Below the pieces are notes generated by a model. That model was not told where the DNA came from and did no database searches. It was given only the letters and a program-made list of their open reading frames with translations. The position numbers and the translations under genes are program-made. Of a DNA stretch of 64,000 nucleotides, positions 45,089-59,442 are shown in pieces; the stretch's first letter is position 1; each line of letters starts with the position of its first letter. The DNA comes from Eledone cirrhosa. Lineage: Eukaryota. The stretch lies in NCBI GenBank assembly GCA_964016885.1, contig OZ024747.1, positions 5,146,001 to 5,210,000 on the forward strand, read 5' to 3'.

Positions 45089-46716
45089 ACACAAGATTGA
45101 ATGCAGGAACCTCTAGATGGCTTTTTTGACCTACTTATCGTCTTAAAGTTGTGCAAAAGCACATTGGCAAATGTAGTCCTAGATACTCTATGTCTGAATA
45201 TAAGATGAAATAATTATGACAGGAAGGTCTTTGATCATAAACCTACTCTATAAGGATTGGCAAAGGGGCAAAACAACAACAACAGCAACAATAAGAACAC
45301 CAGAAAAGCATTAAGGGAAAGTAAGTAGCGTAAGGAAGTTAATCCGATGTTGGAATGTTTGAGCCACGGCGTCGCTTGAAAACCTATTTTCATGTCTAAT
45401 GACTATAATAAAATATTAAGTGGAGGTATATTTTATATTAACGAGGTGTTGTTGATGTTGCTGTTGTGGTCGTGTGTGTTGCTACTACTACTACTACTAC
45501 TACTACCACTACTACCACCAAAACCACCACTACTACCACCAAAACCACCACTACTACCACCAAAATCACCACTACTACCACCAAAACCACCACCACTACT
45601 ACCACCAAAACCACTACTACAACCACCACTACTACCACCAAAACCACCACCACTACTACCACCAAAACCACCACTACTACCACCAAAACCACTACTACAA
45701 CCACCACTAGTTCCACTACCATCATTTCTACTACTACTACTACTACTACTACCACCAAAAACAACTACCGCTACTAGTACTACCCCCAAAACCACTACTA
45801 CTACTACAACCACCACCACTACTACTACCACCACTACCACAATTTCTACTACTGCTACCAACACTACCACTACTACAACTACCACCAAAACCCACTACCA
45901 TTACTAGTACTACAACCAAAACCACTACTACTACCACCACTACTAGTACCACCATCACCATTATTTCTACTACTGCTACTACTACCACCACAACTAGTAC
46001 CACCACTATCATTTCTACTACTAAAACCACCACTACCACCACTACTACTACAACTACCACCACTACTACTACTGCTACTACAACCACCACCACTACTAGT
46101 ACTACTACTACTGCCACCACTACTACTACCACCACTACTACTACCACCACCACTGCTACTACTACTACTGCCACCACTACTACTACCACCACCACCACTA
46201 CTGCTACCACCACTACCACCACTACTGCTACCACCACTACTACTACTACCACCACCACCACTACTACCACCACTACTACTACTATTACTGCCGTTTTATA
46301 TAAATCTAATGCACTTTTTAATGCAGGCCTAGACTTAAAGAAGATTTACCAGCTGGTGAAGTGAAATTCAGATTAATGGATGTCATTTGAGATTTGCAAA
46401 CGTTTATCATTTTCTTATTCGCTACAGAAATTTATTTGTCTCTTGTTTTGTTCTGGCTTTTTCTTTGTTTTGTCTTGTTTGTTGTGTCTTGTTTTTTCAT
46501 CTTCTATTGGCTGCTGGCGCGAATATAACGTATATGTATGTATGTATATATGTATATATATATGTGTGTGTGTGTATGTGTGTATATATATATATGTGTG
46601 CGTGTGTATGTGAGTGTGTGTGTGTGTGTATGTACATATAAACGTATATGCATATATATATATATATAAATACATATATATATTTATACATGTGTATATA
46701 TACATATGCATCTGTT

Positions 46717-46747
<31 letters not shown>

Positions 46748-46793
46748 GTATGTGTGTGTGTGTGTGAGTGTGTGTGTACATATATACATATGC

Positions 46794-46841
<48 letters not shown>

Positions 46842-47213
46842 CAGTGTATATAGACATTGTATGTGGAGATAAATCTTAAGTAGCTTCATTAATCTCGGAT
46901 AAGTAGCTATACCTTCAGGTGAGAGAAAACTAAAATACAAACAACTACAACAACTACAGAAATATCTCTCATTTGAAACTACATGCTCTGTCTTATGTTT
47001 GTGTGGTTGGGTGTATGTGTTGGTTAATGTATGTGTATTTGTATGAGGGTGTTTGCGTGCGTGTATAAGTGTGTGTGTGTGCGTGTGTGCGTGTGTGCGT
47101 GTGTGTGTGTGTTTTGTGTGTACAAGTGCTTGTGAGTGTGTTTCTGTGTGTGTTTGTGTGTATGTCTGTGTGTATGTGTGTGCTTGTGTGTCTGTATGTG
47201 TGTGTGTGTGTGT

Positions 47214-47294
<81 letters not shown>

Positions 47295-47618
47295 TGTATG
47301 GGTGTGTGTATGTGTGTGTGTGTGTGTGTCTGTATATGTGTCTGTATGTGTGTGTATGTGTGTGTGTTTCTTTATCATGGATAATTTCCATTGGAAAGAT
47401 AATTTCCTTTATTGAAGAATATAGATCGATCTTCTTGGATTCTTTTGGTTTGTTCTTTGTCTTTTGTTCTTTTTCGTATTCTTCTTTTATTGTTTCAATA
47501 TTAGATTCCAAAGTCTGACGGTTCCATTGTTGTTGCAGTTGTTGTTGCTGTTGTTATTTTTGATGGTGGTGGAGGTGGTAGGGACGGTGTTTATTGACAT
47601 CTATATATATATACATAC

Positions 47619-47671
<53 letters not shown>

Positions 47672-48924
47672 TCAAGATAATGCATATTATTGCAGGCATT
47701 AGAATGGAGGGTTGGAGTAAAAAAGGAACGAAGAAAGGTAATTAGCGAATGGCAGAATCGGTTGAGTGTCGCGCAACAATATCTTGTAATATTTTGTCAT
47801 TTTATGTTCTACTGGGTGGGGATTAAATCCCAACTCTTTCATCGACACACACCAGCTAACTAATCAAGTACTGGTGTTTTCACTTTACGAGGGTTGACAT
47901 CATAAATATTAGTCAAGTACCGGCTTTGATTCCCTCGGTGTTGTCAATAAACTATTTACCAGCCAAGAATTGTGGTCGATATTCTTCCCGAAAAAATATA
48001 CGTATGCCCTCACGCCAACGTTAAAAATCAATGATTTTGTTTATCTGACCTTCGGACTTTTAACTTGCTATTATATTACTTCAGGCAGAATTGGTAAGAG
48101 GCAGAATATTTCTTTTTCCTCCTGATTTGATATCCTGTCCTTGCAGACATTGACTTTCATTCTGCCAACAGCAGTGACCACTGTGAATACAAATAACTAT
48201 TTTCACTTCTACTGACGTTTTCCTAGAGAACAGCATCAACCTCAGTTTTCCATTAAATTTCAAATCAAGGATTTTGAATTATTGGGATGACTATCTCAAA
48301 ACTTTTTATTTATTCCTTCTCAACATTTGCAGCAATGTTGAAGCAACTTTTTGAGTTTGGAGACTGTTGTTGTTGTTGTTGTTATTGTTGTTGTTGTCAT
48401 CGTCCTTCTATTTAGCCTCAGGTCAACCTTAATCTATAAGGAGGTGAATTGGTAGAGTCTTTAGAACGTCTGCTAGAACGCGTTGCCGTATTCGTTCCTG
48501 CTCTCTGGGTTCAATTCCTGCCGAGATCACTTTTGCCCTTCATCTATCCGGGTTCGATAAAATAAATTACCAGTCACTTTAATACACTAGCCACTCCTTA
48601 CATATTTGTGATCTTGTGCCTACGTTAGAAATCAATATTGAAATATTTATTAATATATGCGGTAGGGATGTGAGAAAGATTGCAGAGGGAATGGGACTAA
48701 ATTCTCTTTGTTCACTCTCATGTCGGGTCTACTTTGACTGTTCTTTATGCAGGGTCAATGCAATAAAGTTTACATAATAGTTTATTTTTGATAGTACATT
48801 AGGAGGCTACAGCAATACAGTACGAAGGTTATATAAGTCACCATTCTATCCCAACCGTTTTTGTATCTCATTAAAATAAAAGCAATATATAATCTCAATA
48901 TATAAGCAATATATAATATATATA

Positions 48925-49140
48925 GTGAAGGCGTGTGGCTGAGTGGTTAGAGAACTGGTTTCGCAATCGTGAGGTTGTGAGTTCGATTCCTGGACCGGGC
49001 GATGCGTTATGTCCTTGAGCAAGACACTTTATTTCACGCTGCTCCTTCTAACTGGAGTTGCGACCGATAGACAGTACTAGCAACTGGAAAGACCAACGGA
49101 AACATTGTTTCCTCGGTTCGATTTGACGAAAGTCAATCGA
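48925..49140 (+). mobile_element. tRNA-derived SINE family 2 (CORE/V-like tgtccttgagcaagacactt)
   Basis: A box tggctgagtgg and B box gagttcgattcc. Older copies lie at about 11685-11970 (+) and 35340-35565 (-). Confidence 0.8.
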
Positions 49141-49699
49141 CAAATATATATAATCTCAATATAAGAAATTTCACACAACAAAAAGAATAACATTACGGTC
49201 ATCTAGTATTGATTCTCAATTCACCATAAGATTACCTTTATAATGATTGATGAACAATCTTTACCCTGTATCTACCCTAAAACAATTATAAACAGCCTTT
49301 TGTAAGACGTAGTCCATAAGATTCACTACAAGAAATTTGATTGCCACCAAAAGTAAATTTATTTTTAATTACATTATACAATATAATATGACATAAAGAT
49401 TTAAAATTAAGGAATTAATCATAAATCGTATATAATTAGTCGCTGGCCATTGTACGCGAGACGCAGCCTCAATACCGCCGCACCCTAGACCCAGAGACCA
49501 TCACCCTCTCCTCTTCCTCCTCCTATTCTTCTGTGGCCCTAGAGTACTTGCTTGTCCCCTCCTTTGCCTCTCATTTATGGCATTTAGAGACCTTTTCTCT
49601 ACTTTCCCATACAGCCAGATCAGCCCTTCTTTACCCCTTCCCATGTGTAGCAGATTGTTATCTGAATAATTACAGACTTTCTAAATCAGATACATGTAA

Positions 49700-49927
49700 G
49701 AAAAAAAGGATCGATCGACTTTCGTCAAATCGGTCCGAGGAAACAATGTTTCCGTTGGTCTTTTTAGTTGATAATACTATCTATCGGTCGCAACTCCAGA
49801 TAGAAGGAGCAACGGGAAATAAAGTGTCTTGCTCAAGGACATAACGCATCGCCCGGTCCAAGAATCGAACTACCAACCTCAAGATTGTGAATCCAATTCT
49901 CTTATCACTCAGCCATCCGCCTTCACT
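49700..49927 (-). mobile_element. SINE family 2 with 12-bp TSD
   Basis: Reverse complement of 48925-49140. agatacatgtaa occurs at 49688-99 and 49928-39. Confidence 0.82.
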
Positions 49928-50718
49928 AGATACATGTAAATTAACTTTTAATTGATTTAAATTACAGATTTCATTAATGAGAAGTTGGTCCTATGGAACT
50001 TGCCGTGAACCACCACAACTTTAATAGGTACGACTTGGTGAACCACGTCTTGCATCACTGCGCTAAAATATATACAGAATTGTGCTTAATGAAATAAAAA
50101 CTTGTTTTATTTGCCTCTGTGTCTATGGGGGAAACTTTAGCTGAATGATAATTAAGTTTGTGATAACACATTTAATATAATAATGATTAAAATATTTGGG
50201 GGGGGGGGTCGTATAAGGCGTAAAGCCATTTAGAGTAAGGGAAGAAGAAGAAGAAGAAGAAGAAGAAGAAGAAATTTAGACGAAAGGAATGAATTTACTT
50301 TAAGCTTCAAACAGTTCACATCATAGGAAGGAAAACAGAGAATAAAACGTACCCACCCACCCCCCTCTCTCTCTCCCTCTTTCTCTCGCTTACTCAGTCT
50401 CTCTCTCTCTCTCCCCTCCTCTCGTCACTCATTCTATCTCTCTTTCTCTCTCTCTCGTCACTCATTCTATCTCTCTTACTCTCTCTCTCTCTCTCGCAAC
50501 TCAGTCTATCCCCTCTAGAAGACATCAGGTATGAGTTCCAGCAGATAACGAAACCTCTACAACTCCAACATGAGTTGAAGCCCCAAAGAACTAAGGAAAG
50601 AATCTGTTCTGTTAGTGGAGAACAGTTCATCCGTATACATACATGCACACACACACATATATATACACGAACGCACGTGCACAGACAAATATGTACGCGC
50701 GCACTCGCATGTGCACAG

Positions 50719-50757
<39 letters not shown>

Positions 50758-50787
50758 TATACATACATACATACATACATACATACA

Positions 50788-50879
<92 letters not shown>

Positions 50880-51036
50880 AAGAATATTTTCGAAACAGCG
50901 AGTTGGTTTGAAATTATTAGAAATGTAAGCTTTCGCCGTATTTTGACTAAAGAAATTATTTAGCCTGATAGTGGGGTTAAGAACCTTCGGAGAAATGGAA
51001 AAACATGAGTATTGACGTACATGTATCGACGTACAA

Positions 51037-51095
<59 letters not shown>

Positions 51096-51240
51096 AAGAT
51101 CGGAATTAAGAGTATTCCGCAGTTCACAGTAATAATAATAATACTAGTTGTAATAGTTGTAATAGTATTAGCTCAAAGAAGAATAGAGAATTTTCTTCTC
51201 AGCTCAAATGCAAATATATTACACAAAGAGAAGTGTGTTA

Positions 51241-51396
51241 CACAGTGAGATGTGTGTAAAGAATTATTACAAGTGAGTTTTACCGTTACTGTATGGAGAA
51301 CAATATATACAGGTTTAGCAATTAAATAGAAAAGTCAGAATAAAATCTCTGAATTAGAGTTTTAAATTACCAACCTTATAACTATATCTCACTGTG
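51241..51396. mobile_element. Putative Tc1/mariner-type MITE
   Basis: 11-bp TIR CACAGTGAGAT/ATCTCACTGTG with TA on both sides. Confidence 0.45.
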
Positions 51397-51507
51397 TATA
51401 TATATATATATATATTTATTAAAATAACAGATTAAAGTTTAAGCAAAGAATCGCTGCTTTCACCCTTAACGGGATCTTTGGATTTTAGTCTTCAATTTTA
51501 TTATTAT

Positions 51508-51562
<55 letters not shown>

Positions 51563-52050
51563 TAAACGGAAAAGAAAATGCTGACAAATTGTTCCCAGTG
51601 AAAAATAGTTTAATTAGCAATAAGTAAAAATTAGTAATAGTATTGGTTAGTATTCAGTTTTGGTTTTAAGTTTTACATATATATATATATGTATATACAG
51701 TTGTTAATCCTTTCTTTCTATGTATTAAACGTGTCATATATAACGATTAGTCTAGAGAAGAGAAAAAAAACAGGATTCTCTTCCGTCACCAAAGCTGTCT
51801 AAACAGACAAGACACTTATTTTGGTTAATTCCCCAACTCATCTCCATCACAGTAACTCGCTCAGCTCTCCTTACCACATTACTACCACATCCTAATTGTA
51901 TTTTGGCTAACAATAGCAATAACATTAAAAGCGTCATCAACGCTGACAGAACTGTCATTACCTGTCTCTCAAACTGTCTTTCCATAGTTCTTTCTTTCTT
52001 TCTCTCTCTCTCTTTCTTTCATTTCATTTCTCCTTTTATTTTCCGTTTTG

Positions 52051-52116
<66 letters not shown>

Positions 52117-52212
52117 CGAAATATATATATATATATATGTATGTATATAATACATATATATATATATATATGTATATATATGTATGTATATATATATATA
52201 TATATGTATTAT

Positions 52213-52287
<75 letters not shown>

Positions 52288-52535
52288 ATACAAGTGGAAG
52301 CTTAGTAAAATCGAAGCTTTGTCTGCGGCCAAGCAAAAGCGACCTACAATAAGGAATGAGTAGCAAAGCACTCAATAAGGGTAGGTCATTAGAGTAATAA
52401 CATTACGTTTAGACAGCTTGACAAATTGAAAATTGCGGCAGGCAAAACCCAGCCATACAATACCAAAACAACGAAAAAACTAATCCCGTTAGACAACAGA
52501 TATTTGTATATATATGAAATATATATATATATATA

Positions 52536-52732
52536 TAACGAAGGAGGTATGGTAAGGAACCAGGTGTACCATAACAGACCAGAGTACTCGATACTTTGGG
52601 TAGTAGAGTAGGTAATAGGAAAAGAGTCAGAACGCCGACGGCAGAGCTCAAGCCGTTTCGACAGTTATTTTTGGACTGAAAAAGCTGTCGAAACGGCTTG
52701 AGCTCTGCTGTGGGGGTTCTGACTCTTTTCCT
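52536..52732. mobile_element. Family C copy with fold-back
   Basis: gagctcaagccgtttcgacag...ctgtcgaaacggcttgagctc between (TA)n tracts. Confidence 0.7.
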
Positions 52733-52808
52733 ATATATATATATATATTTGTGTGTATGTGTGTGTGGGGGGCGGGGGTATCAGAGCTCGAAATGCTGCT
52801 GCTGGAAT

Positions 52809-52824
52809 CCACTAGATGGCGCTG
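52809..52824 (+). promoter_or_regulatory. Candidate CTCF-binding motif
   Basis: CCACTAGATGGCGCTG closely matches the CTCF core consensus. Confidence 0.45.
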
Positions 52825-54328
52825 GCCGTCAGACTTTCAATATTCATAGCTGGGCTTCCAAATTGTTTATTTATTAAACCTACTGTATAGCTTTAGATAT
52901 ACAGTCTTTACATACATGTATATATACAGCTATGCCGAAGCTAAATTTTAATTCTACTTTTAAGTTGAGCCAACTTATACAGCTTCATATGCAAATGTAT
53001 TTAGTCAAGTGAAACAGATTACATGAATAGGTGTGGTATTTGTTCATCAGATAGAATACCTTGTGGTATTCATTTCGGCTCTTTGCTCACTCAGTTCAAA
53101 TCCCACCAAGGTCAAGTTTGCCTCTCACCCATAAAAAAAGTACCAGTCTAGTACTGGGGTCAATTCTTCCTCTATAATCTACCCCCCTTTCTATCCTTCT
53201 CTGGACGTAATCTGCTGTAATCAGACCTGGGGAGAGATGGGCCCCGCCAGGCTTAAAATGCCCAAGAAGCGCCGTATGTCACTACGGTGCCCCTACAACT
53301 TCATCGGGAGTTATGGGTGGGGAAGGAAAGTATTATATTTTATAGACTCCGAAAGGATGAACGACAAAATTGAAATTCGCGTGATTTGAACTCAGACCAC
53401 AGAATGCCAGAACTTAACAAAATATGTTGCCCTACACCCTATCAACACTGCTAAATTGTTTGTAATTTGTGGGAGGAAAAGGGATGAAATCATTTTTTTG
53501 TATATTTTAAACAGTTTTTGCAGTGATTTTAATACTTGGTTCTTATTAAAATTTAACATGGCTTTGTTGACTTTGGGGTATGTTTTAAAACCTTGTTAGG
53601 TTTTCTTCTTATTTCAACTTTTATTTAGCGAGCAATTAGATTTCAGTTTTCCTACCACTTTCATTTTTTTCTTCTTCCTATGTTAAATAAAGTTTGTTGT
53701 TGTTCTTTATTTCTGTGTGTTATTTTTGCATTACAATTTATAATTGGAAATTGGGAAGGGGGCGGGAGACAGGCTGTAGAGTTTTATATGAATATTAGAC
53801 AAAACACACATAAAAAAAAATACAAATCAACAACAACTATAACTACAACAATACTATATTACACTAAATTTGAACACGTTTGAGTTTGAGAGGAAAAAGG
53901 GGAAAAAATAGATGAAACAAAAGAGATGAATAAAGGCAAAGAATTATAGGTGAAATGTAGAAATTTCCATTGATACACGTGTATCAACTTTTATCAAACG
54001 AAAGCTATTTGATATCTCAGAAAATAATAATATATTGACTAAGATGAATTAAAATATATTTTAAAAGGTTTTAACTAGAGTTGAAATACTTTTGACATGA
54101 TGGGAAGCTTAAGTACATAGGTTTTCAATTACCATGGTGATAAAAAAATATATTTTTTAAAAACATCAAGATAGACAGACAGACTGACAGACAGGTTTTC
54201 TATGAAGAATATATATATATATACATATACACATATATATATACATACATATGCATATATATACACACACATATATATATATATACATATATATACACAC
54301 ACACATATATATATATATACATATATAT

Positions 54329-54387
<59 letters not shown>

Positions 54388-54411
54388 CACGCACGCACAC
54401 ACACGTATATG

Positions 54412-54461
<50 letters not shown>

Positions 54462-54625
54462 GAGAGAAAGGGAGGGGGTGTGGAATACTTAATCCGTACA
54501 TATGTTGATCTACAATATTAACGGTGTATATTTTTCTACGCAACTCACACATATGTATGTCCGCTGATGCACACACGTTTAAATGACAACACACAAGCGT
54601 ACACACGCACATATACATACATACA

Positions 54626-54659
<34 letters not shown>

Positions 54660-54689
54660 CATGGTGGCTGCCAACTCGTTTTCGAGTAC

Positions 54690-54900
54690 GGCCACTACTT
54701 TATATCCATGTGGGAGAACCCCTACCGATGCGCTAAACGAGTGTGACTTTTTAGTCCAGCCAGCGACTTGAAAACTCTGGTACAAACGCTACACTTATGA
54801 CAATTATTGACACATAGTGCTGGGCCCATGGTACCATGTGACGACAAGTGCAGAGAGATCTCCAGATATAAAGCAATGCCTGTGCCGTGAAGCTTATATA
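54690..54900 (-). mobile_element. RTE-like LINE 3' remnant (C2H2 motif)
   Basis: HKCSVCTRVFKSLAGLKSHTR. Confidence 0.55.
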
Positions 54901-55484
54901 GTGAGTAAGGCACTGCACAAAGCCAGTCCCACTCTCTTAACCAAGATGATATTTACCAAAAAGAAGAACAAATCAACATCATTGGATACCATCAGGGTTG
55001 CAGGTGTTATATCAGAGTTTTCCTTCTTCTAGAATTCTGCCTTGACGAAGGCTAAGGGGTCATCTCTCCCAGTGATTTTGGATGGCCATTGACTCTTAAG
55101 ACCTCCTTTGCCCTTTGACAGGTTTTGTTTTTAGTCCTGCAGGATGTCCAAAGTCACCCTCCTCACCAAGAAACCTTGGTGGGGTTGCCAGTTTAGTCGC
55201 CAACGACCCGACCATGAGACATGTTGTACTGGGATACATGTTACCAGTAGCACCAACTGGTGACCTGACATATATACATACATAGATACATACATACATA
55301 GATACATACATACATACATACATACATACATACATACATACATACATACATACATACATACATACATACATACATACAATATATACATACCCTATTCGTA
55401 GGGACATTCGTATATATATATATATTTATAACACAAGCCGAAGCCGCTTAGCATCGTGGTCGGAATTTTACACATCTCTCTATC

Positions 55485-55517
<33 letters not shown>

Positions 55518-55525
55518 CATATATG

Positions 55526-55575
<50 letters not shown>

Positions 55576-56751
55576 CATAGGTGTTTAAATCGAAGATCTA
55601 TTGTTTTGTTGGTTAATCAATATCGGACTCACAAAATATCTGATCACGTGGAAAGGTTTATGTGTATGTGTGAGTGTGAACCTCTATATGTATGTGTGTG
55701 TGTGAACCTCTATTTGTATGTATGTGTGTGTGTGAACCTCTATATGTATGTGTGAGTGAACCTCTATATGTATGTGTGTGTGTGTGAACCTCTATATGTA
55801 TGTGTGTGTGTGTGTGAACCTTTATATGTATGTGTGTGTGTGTTAACCTTTATATATATGTGTGTATTTAAACGTGTGTGTGTATGTACACACACGTGTA
55901 TGAGTCAATATGTCTGAATCCACATGTTTGTGTTAATGTCTACATGTATATAAGTACAGGTATATGAGTACATGTATATAAGTACAGGTATATGAGTACA
56001 TGTATGTAAGTACATGTATATGAGTACATGTATGTAAGTACAGGTATATGAGTACATGTATGTAAGTATATGAGTACATGTATGTAAGTACATGTATATA
56101 AATACATGTATATGTGTATGTTTGTGTATTCACGTGTGCATACATCTGTGTTTATATATATGCATGTGTACATTTATATTTAGTCTAAAATTCTACATGG
56201 TTATGCGTTGGGTGTGTGTATGTGTATGTATATATGTCTATATGTGTGTTTGTTAGCATGTATATACATATGTGTGTATAAGATTTTACGTATATGTCTA
56301 TATCATTTTTATACATATATATTATACTATATATACGTATATATGTGTTTCTACAATATGTACAAGTATAAGTTTATCTGTAGTGTGGTGGATGGTGCAT
56401 GCTTATGAATAGCTAGTAATAGTCGAGAAAGGTCCCAGTCAAGACCTTCATGGCTTCCAAGAGGAGAAACAAAAGTAGCAGTATATTGAAACCTGACGAC
56501 TGCCCCGACTGCATCAAACAAAGAGGTCTTCGATAAAGACATCCAAGCTCCAAATGGTGATAATAAACCTGAGCATGAAGTCTTCCACCCACGTAGACAA
56601 TAGCTGGCTTTGATAGCACACCAACCTACCACTGTAAACTTATCATTTATGAAAGGGTGGTGGAGGGTGGATGAAAGGCGTAGTTGACCTCGGTGGGATC
56701 TCAACTCAGAATGAAACTATCTGTAATAAATACCGCAAGGCATGCCATCCG

Positions 56752-57063
56752 CAGGGCCGGATTTAATGGGGGAGGGGAAAAGAGGGCAATTGCTTCGGGT
56801 TTCCAGCAGTGGGGAACTCTGCCAACAATGGCCGTACCAATGTATTTGTACCCTCAGCTGGGCTTTTTAGTTTTAGGATTGTTAGAAATTTGACATTTAA
56901 TACCTGTAGGTATAACTTTTCAATTCCAAATACTTGCGCCAAGCAAACTTTGATATGTAAAATTGGGGGGTTTGCTGTGTATTCTAATTTTATTGTGTAT
57001 GAGGAGCCCCCCCACCCCCAAGCGGAAGTTCTCTGCGTCCCCCAAGGTCTAAATCTAACCCTA
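56752..57063. mobile_element. hAT-like MITE nested in a SINE
   Basis: Imperfect TIRs CAGGGCCGGATTTA / TAAATCTAACCCTA and 8-bp TSD gccatccg/gccatcct. A related right end lies at about 2283-2339. Confidence 0.7.
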
Positions 57064-57353
57064 GCCATCCTGTGTTTTTATGCCATTGGTAATTCAATAA
57101 CTGTGGGTAAATAATAAGTTAATAACTGAGTCGTTGCTAATCTTCTAGAGATGACCCGTCTTGTGTGTATCGATGTATCGATGGAGCTCAATTCTTTCAC
57201 CCACAACACTTTATAAAGTAGAGGGGTGAAACTCTAATGCATCCCAATTTTATTCGAAGATCCTACAAATCCCTATTCAATATGTTTAGAACATGGTATG
57301 ATGACCAGAGCCCCCTCCCAGGTGTGTTATACGCTGTCTAATGTCGTCACTAA

Positions 57354-58303
57354 TCTATATATATAAAACTGTGGTTGTCTGTCTGTCTATCGATTTTTGG
57401 CACACATCTCCTCTTAGAATCTCTCACGGAATTGCACCGAAATTGCTATACTTGTACATTGAGCCCTAGCGAAGACATCGGAAAAAAAAATTTCAAATTG
57501 ACCCACCCTATGTGACGAAATCGAATATAATGTATCGATTTTTGAGCGTAAGTTATCAGTTATTTCCCTTTGTTCTGTTTACATTGAGCGTCTTACGTAA
57601 AAAATTACGCTGGCTTTAACAGTTGTCGAGCCAGCAAAATATTGACCTGCAAAATTCATCAGTTCGAACACTAAACTTCCGTTTTGCTTCATTTCCATTT
57701 AAAAGCATTTTAAAACAATATTTTTACTTGAAAACAAGTCTATTTAAAGACTACGTAAAACAAGCAAATATTTCGTCGTTAGGCGTGCAGACAGACAGTC
57801 GTGCAGACAGACAGTCGTGCAGAGAGGTGATATACGCGTGCAGACAGACACTCGTGCAGAGAGGTGATATAGGCGTGCAGACAGACAGTCGTGCAGAGAG
57901 GTGATATAGGCGTGCAGACAGACAGTCGTGCAGAGAGGTGATATAGGCGTGCAGACAGACAGTCGTGCAGAGAGGTGATATAGGCGTGCAGACAGACATA
58001 ACTGATAATTTGGTTACGCTAATGTTTTTCTCTGCGTTGCAGTGTTTACATTTTCGATCTTTGTTAATAAATAACCAGTGCAGTTTCTATCCCCAGCATC
58101 CTCTTTTGTTATAACATTCGGGTTATCGTTATGTTTTCTTAACTTCATAAGGCATATTGTTAGTTGAGGGAATATTAATCAAAAACACCACATGCAAGTC
58201 TGCACAGTAGACACTACAGTTTTTAAGCCAAAAAAGAAACTTAACATTGTAACTTTAACACAGCTACTGAGCGACCCCGAGCAACGCCGGGCTTTACTGC
58301 TAG
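57354..58303 (+). mobile_element. Non-autonomous Helitron (950 bp)
   Basis: 5' TCTATATATATAAA. 3' GC hairpin CCCG(A)GCAACGCCGGG (58276-91) followed by CTAG. Inserted between A and T with no TSD. Contains an internal minisatellite. Confidence 0.88.
57780..57998. repeat. 37-bp minisatellite inside the Helitron
   Basis: Unit taggcgtgcagacagacagtcgtgcagagaggtgata, about 5.5 copies. Confidence 0.9.
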
Positions 58304-58499
58304 TATACAATATATTAGAGCCCCCTCCCAGGTGTGTTATACGCTGTCTAATGTCGTCACTAATATACAATATATTAGAGCCCCCTCCCAGGTGTGTTAT
58401 ACGGTGTCTATTGTCGTCACTAATATACAATATATTAGAGCCCCCTCCCAGGTGTGTTATACGCTGTCTAATGTCGTCACTAATATACAATATATTAGA
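58304..58499. repeat. 60-bp tandem repeat (3+ units) matching the Helitron empty site
   Basis: Unit tatacaatatattagagccccctcccaggtgtgttatacgctgtctaatgtcgtcactaa. A partial unit lies at 57307-57353. Confidence 0.9.
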
Positions 58500-58703
58500 A
58501 ATGAAGAGTATTTTAGATCAATATACCTGTCTCAATACTCTTCTCTCACCTCAGTTATTTCATTCACATCTATTTAGATTATATTCCCCTTACAGTTCTC
58601 TCTCACTCTCCCTCTTTCTCTCTCTTTCTCTCTCTATCTCTCTCCCTCTCTCTCTTTCTCTCTCTATCTTTCTTTCTCTCTCTCTCTCTCGCTTTCGCCA
58701 GCC

Positions 58704-58732
<29 letters not shown>

Positions 58733-58737
<5 letters not shown>

Positions 58738-59055
58738 GCTTCTACTTTTGGCACAAGGCCAGCAATTACCCAGTATATTACTGGTACTTTATTTTACCAG
58801 TAATATACTGAGTAATTGCTGGCCTTGTGCCAAAAGTAGAAACAATTGTTATTATATATATAGCTATATGACGGCGGTGGATTAGCAGTATCGGTAGAGG
58901 GTCGGACGCCATGCTTTCCAGCATAGTTACCTCCCTTTACGATCTGAGTTCAAATCCCGCCGAGGTTGACTTTGCCTTTCATCCTTACGGGGTCGATAAA
59001 ATAAAGTACCAGTAATGCACTGGGTAATTGCTGGCCTTGTGCCTAACATAGAAAC

Positions 59056-59099
<44 letters not shown>

Positions 59100-59442
59100 G
59101 GAGAGAGAGAAAGAATTGTAAGGGGAGGGTGNNNNNNNNNNNNNNNNNNNNNNNNNNNNNNNNNNNNNNNNNNNNNNNNNNNNNNNNNNNNNNNNNNNNN
59201 NNNNNNNNNNNNNNNNNNNNNNNNNNNNNNNNNNNNNNNNNNNNNNNNNNNNNNNNNNNNNNNNNNNNNNNNNNNNNNNNNNNNNNNNNNNNNNNNNNNN
59301 NNNNNNNNNNNNNNNNNNNNNNNNNNNNNNNAAGGATGTAAGGCAAAGTTAACCTCGGCGGGATTTGAACTCAGACTGTAAAGGGACGTAGCTATGCTAG
59401 AAAGCATGGCGTCCAACCCTCTACCGATACTGCTAATCCACA
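58733..59442. mobile_element. SINE family 1 cluster: fold-back 3' ends (58733-58846), + copy (58872-59059), - copy after the gap (59332-59442)
   Basis: Family core and tail motifs on both strands. Confidence 0.8.
59132..59331. other. Assembly gap (200 N)
   Basis: Run of N. Confidence 1.

Noticed and set aside
48925-49000. tRNA gene
   Set aside because: The A/B boxes belong to a SINE head that continues into SINE core sequence, with no intact cloverleaf.
58872-59442. Inverted SINE pair across the gap
   Set aside because: Spacing and orientation across the 200-N gap are unreliable.
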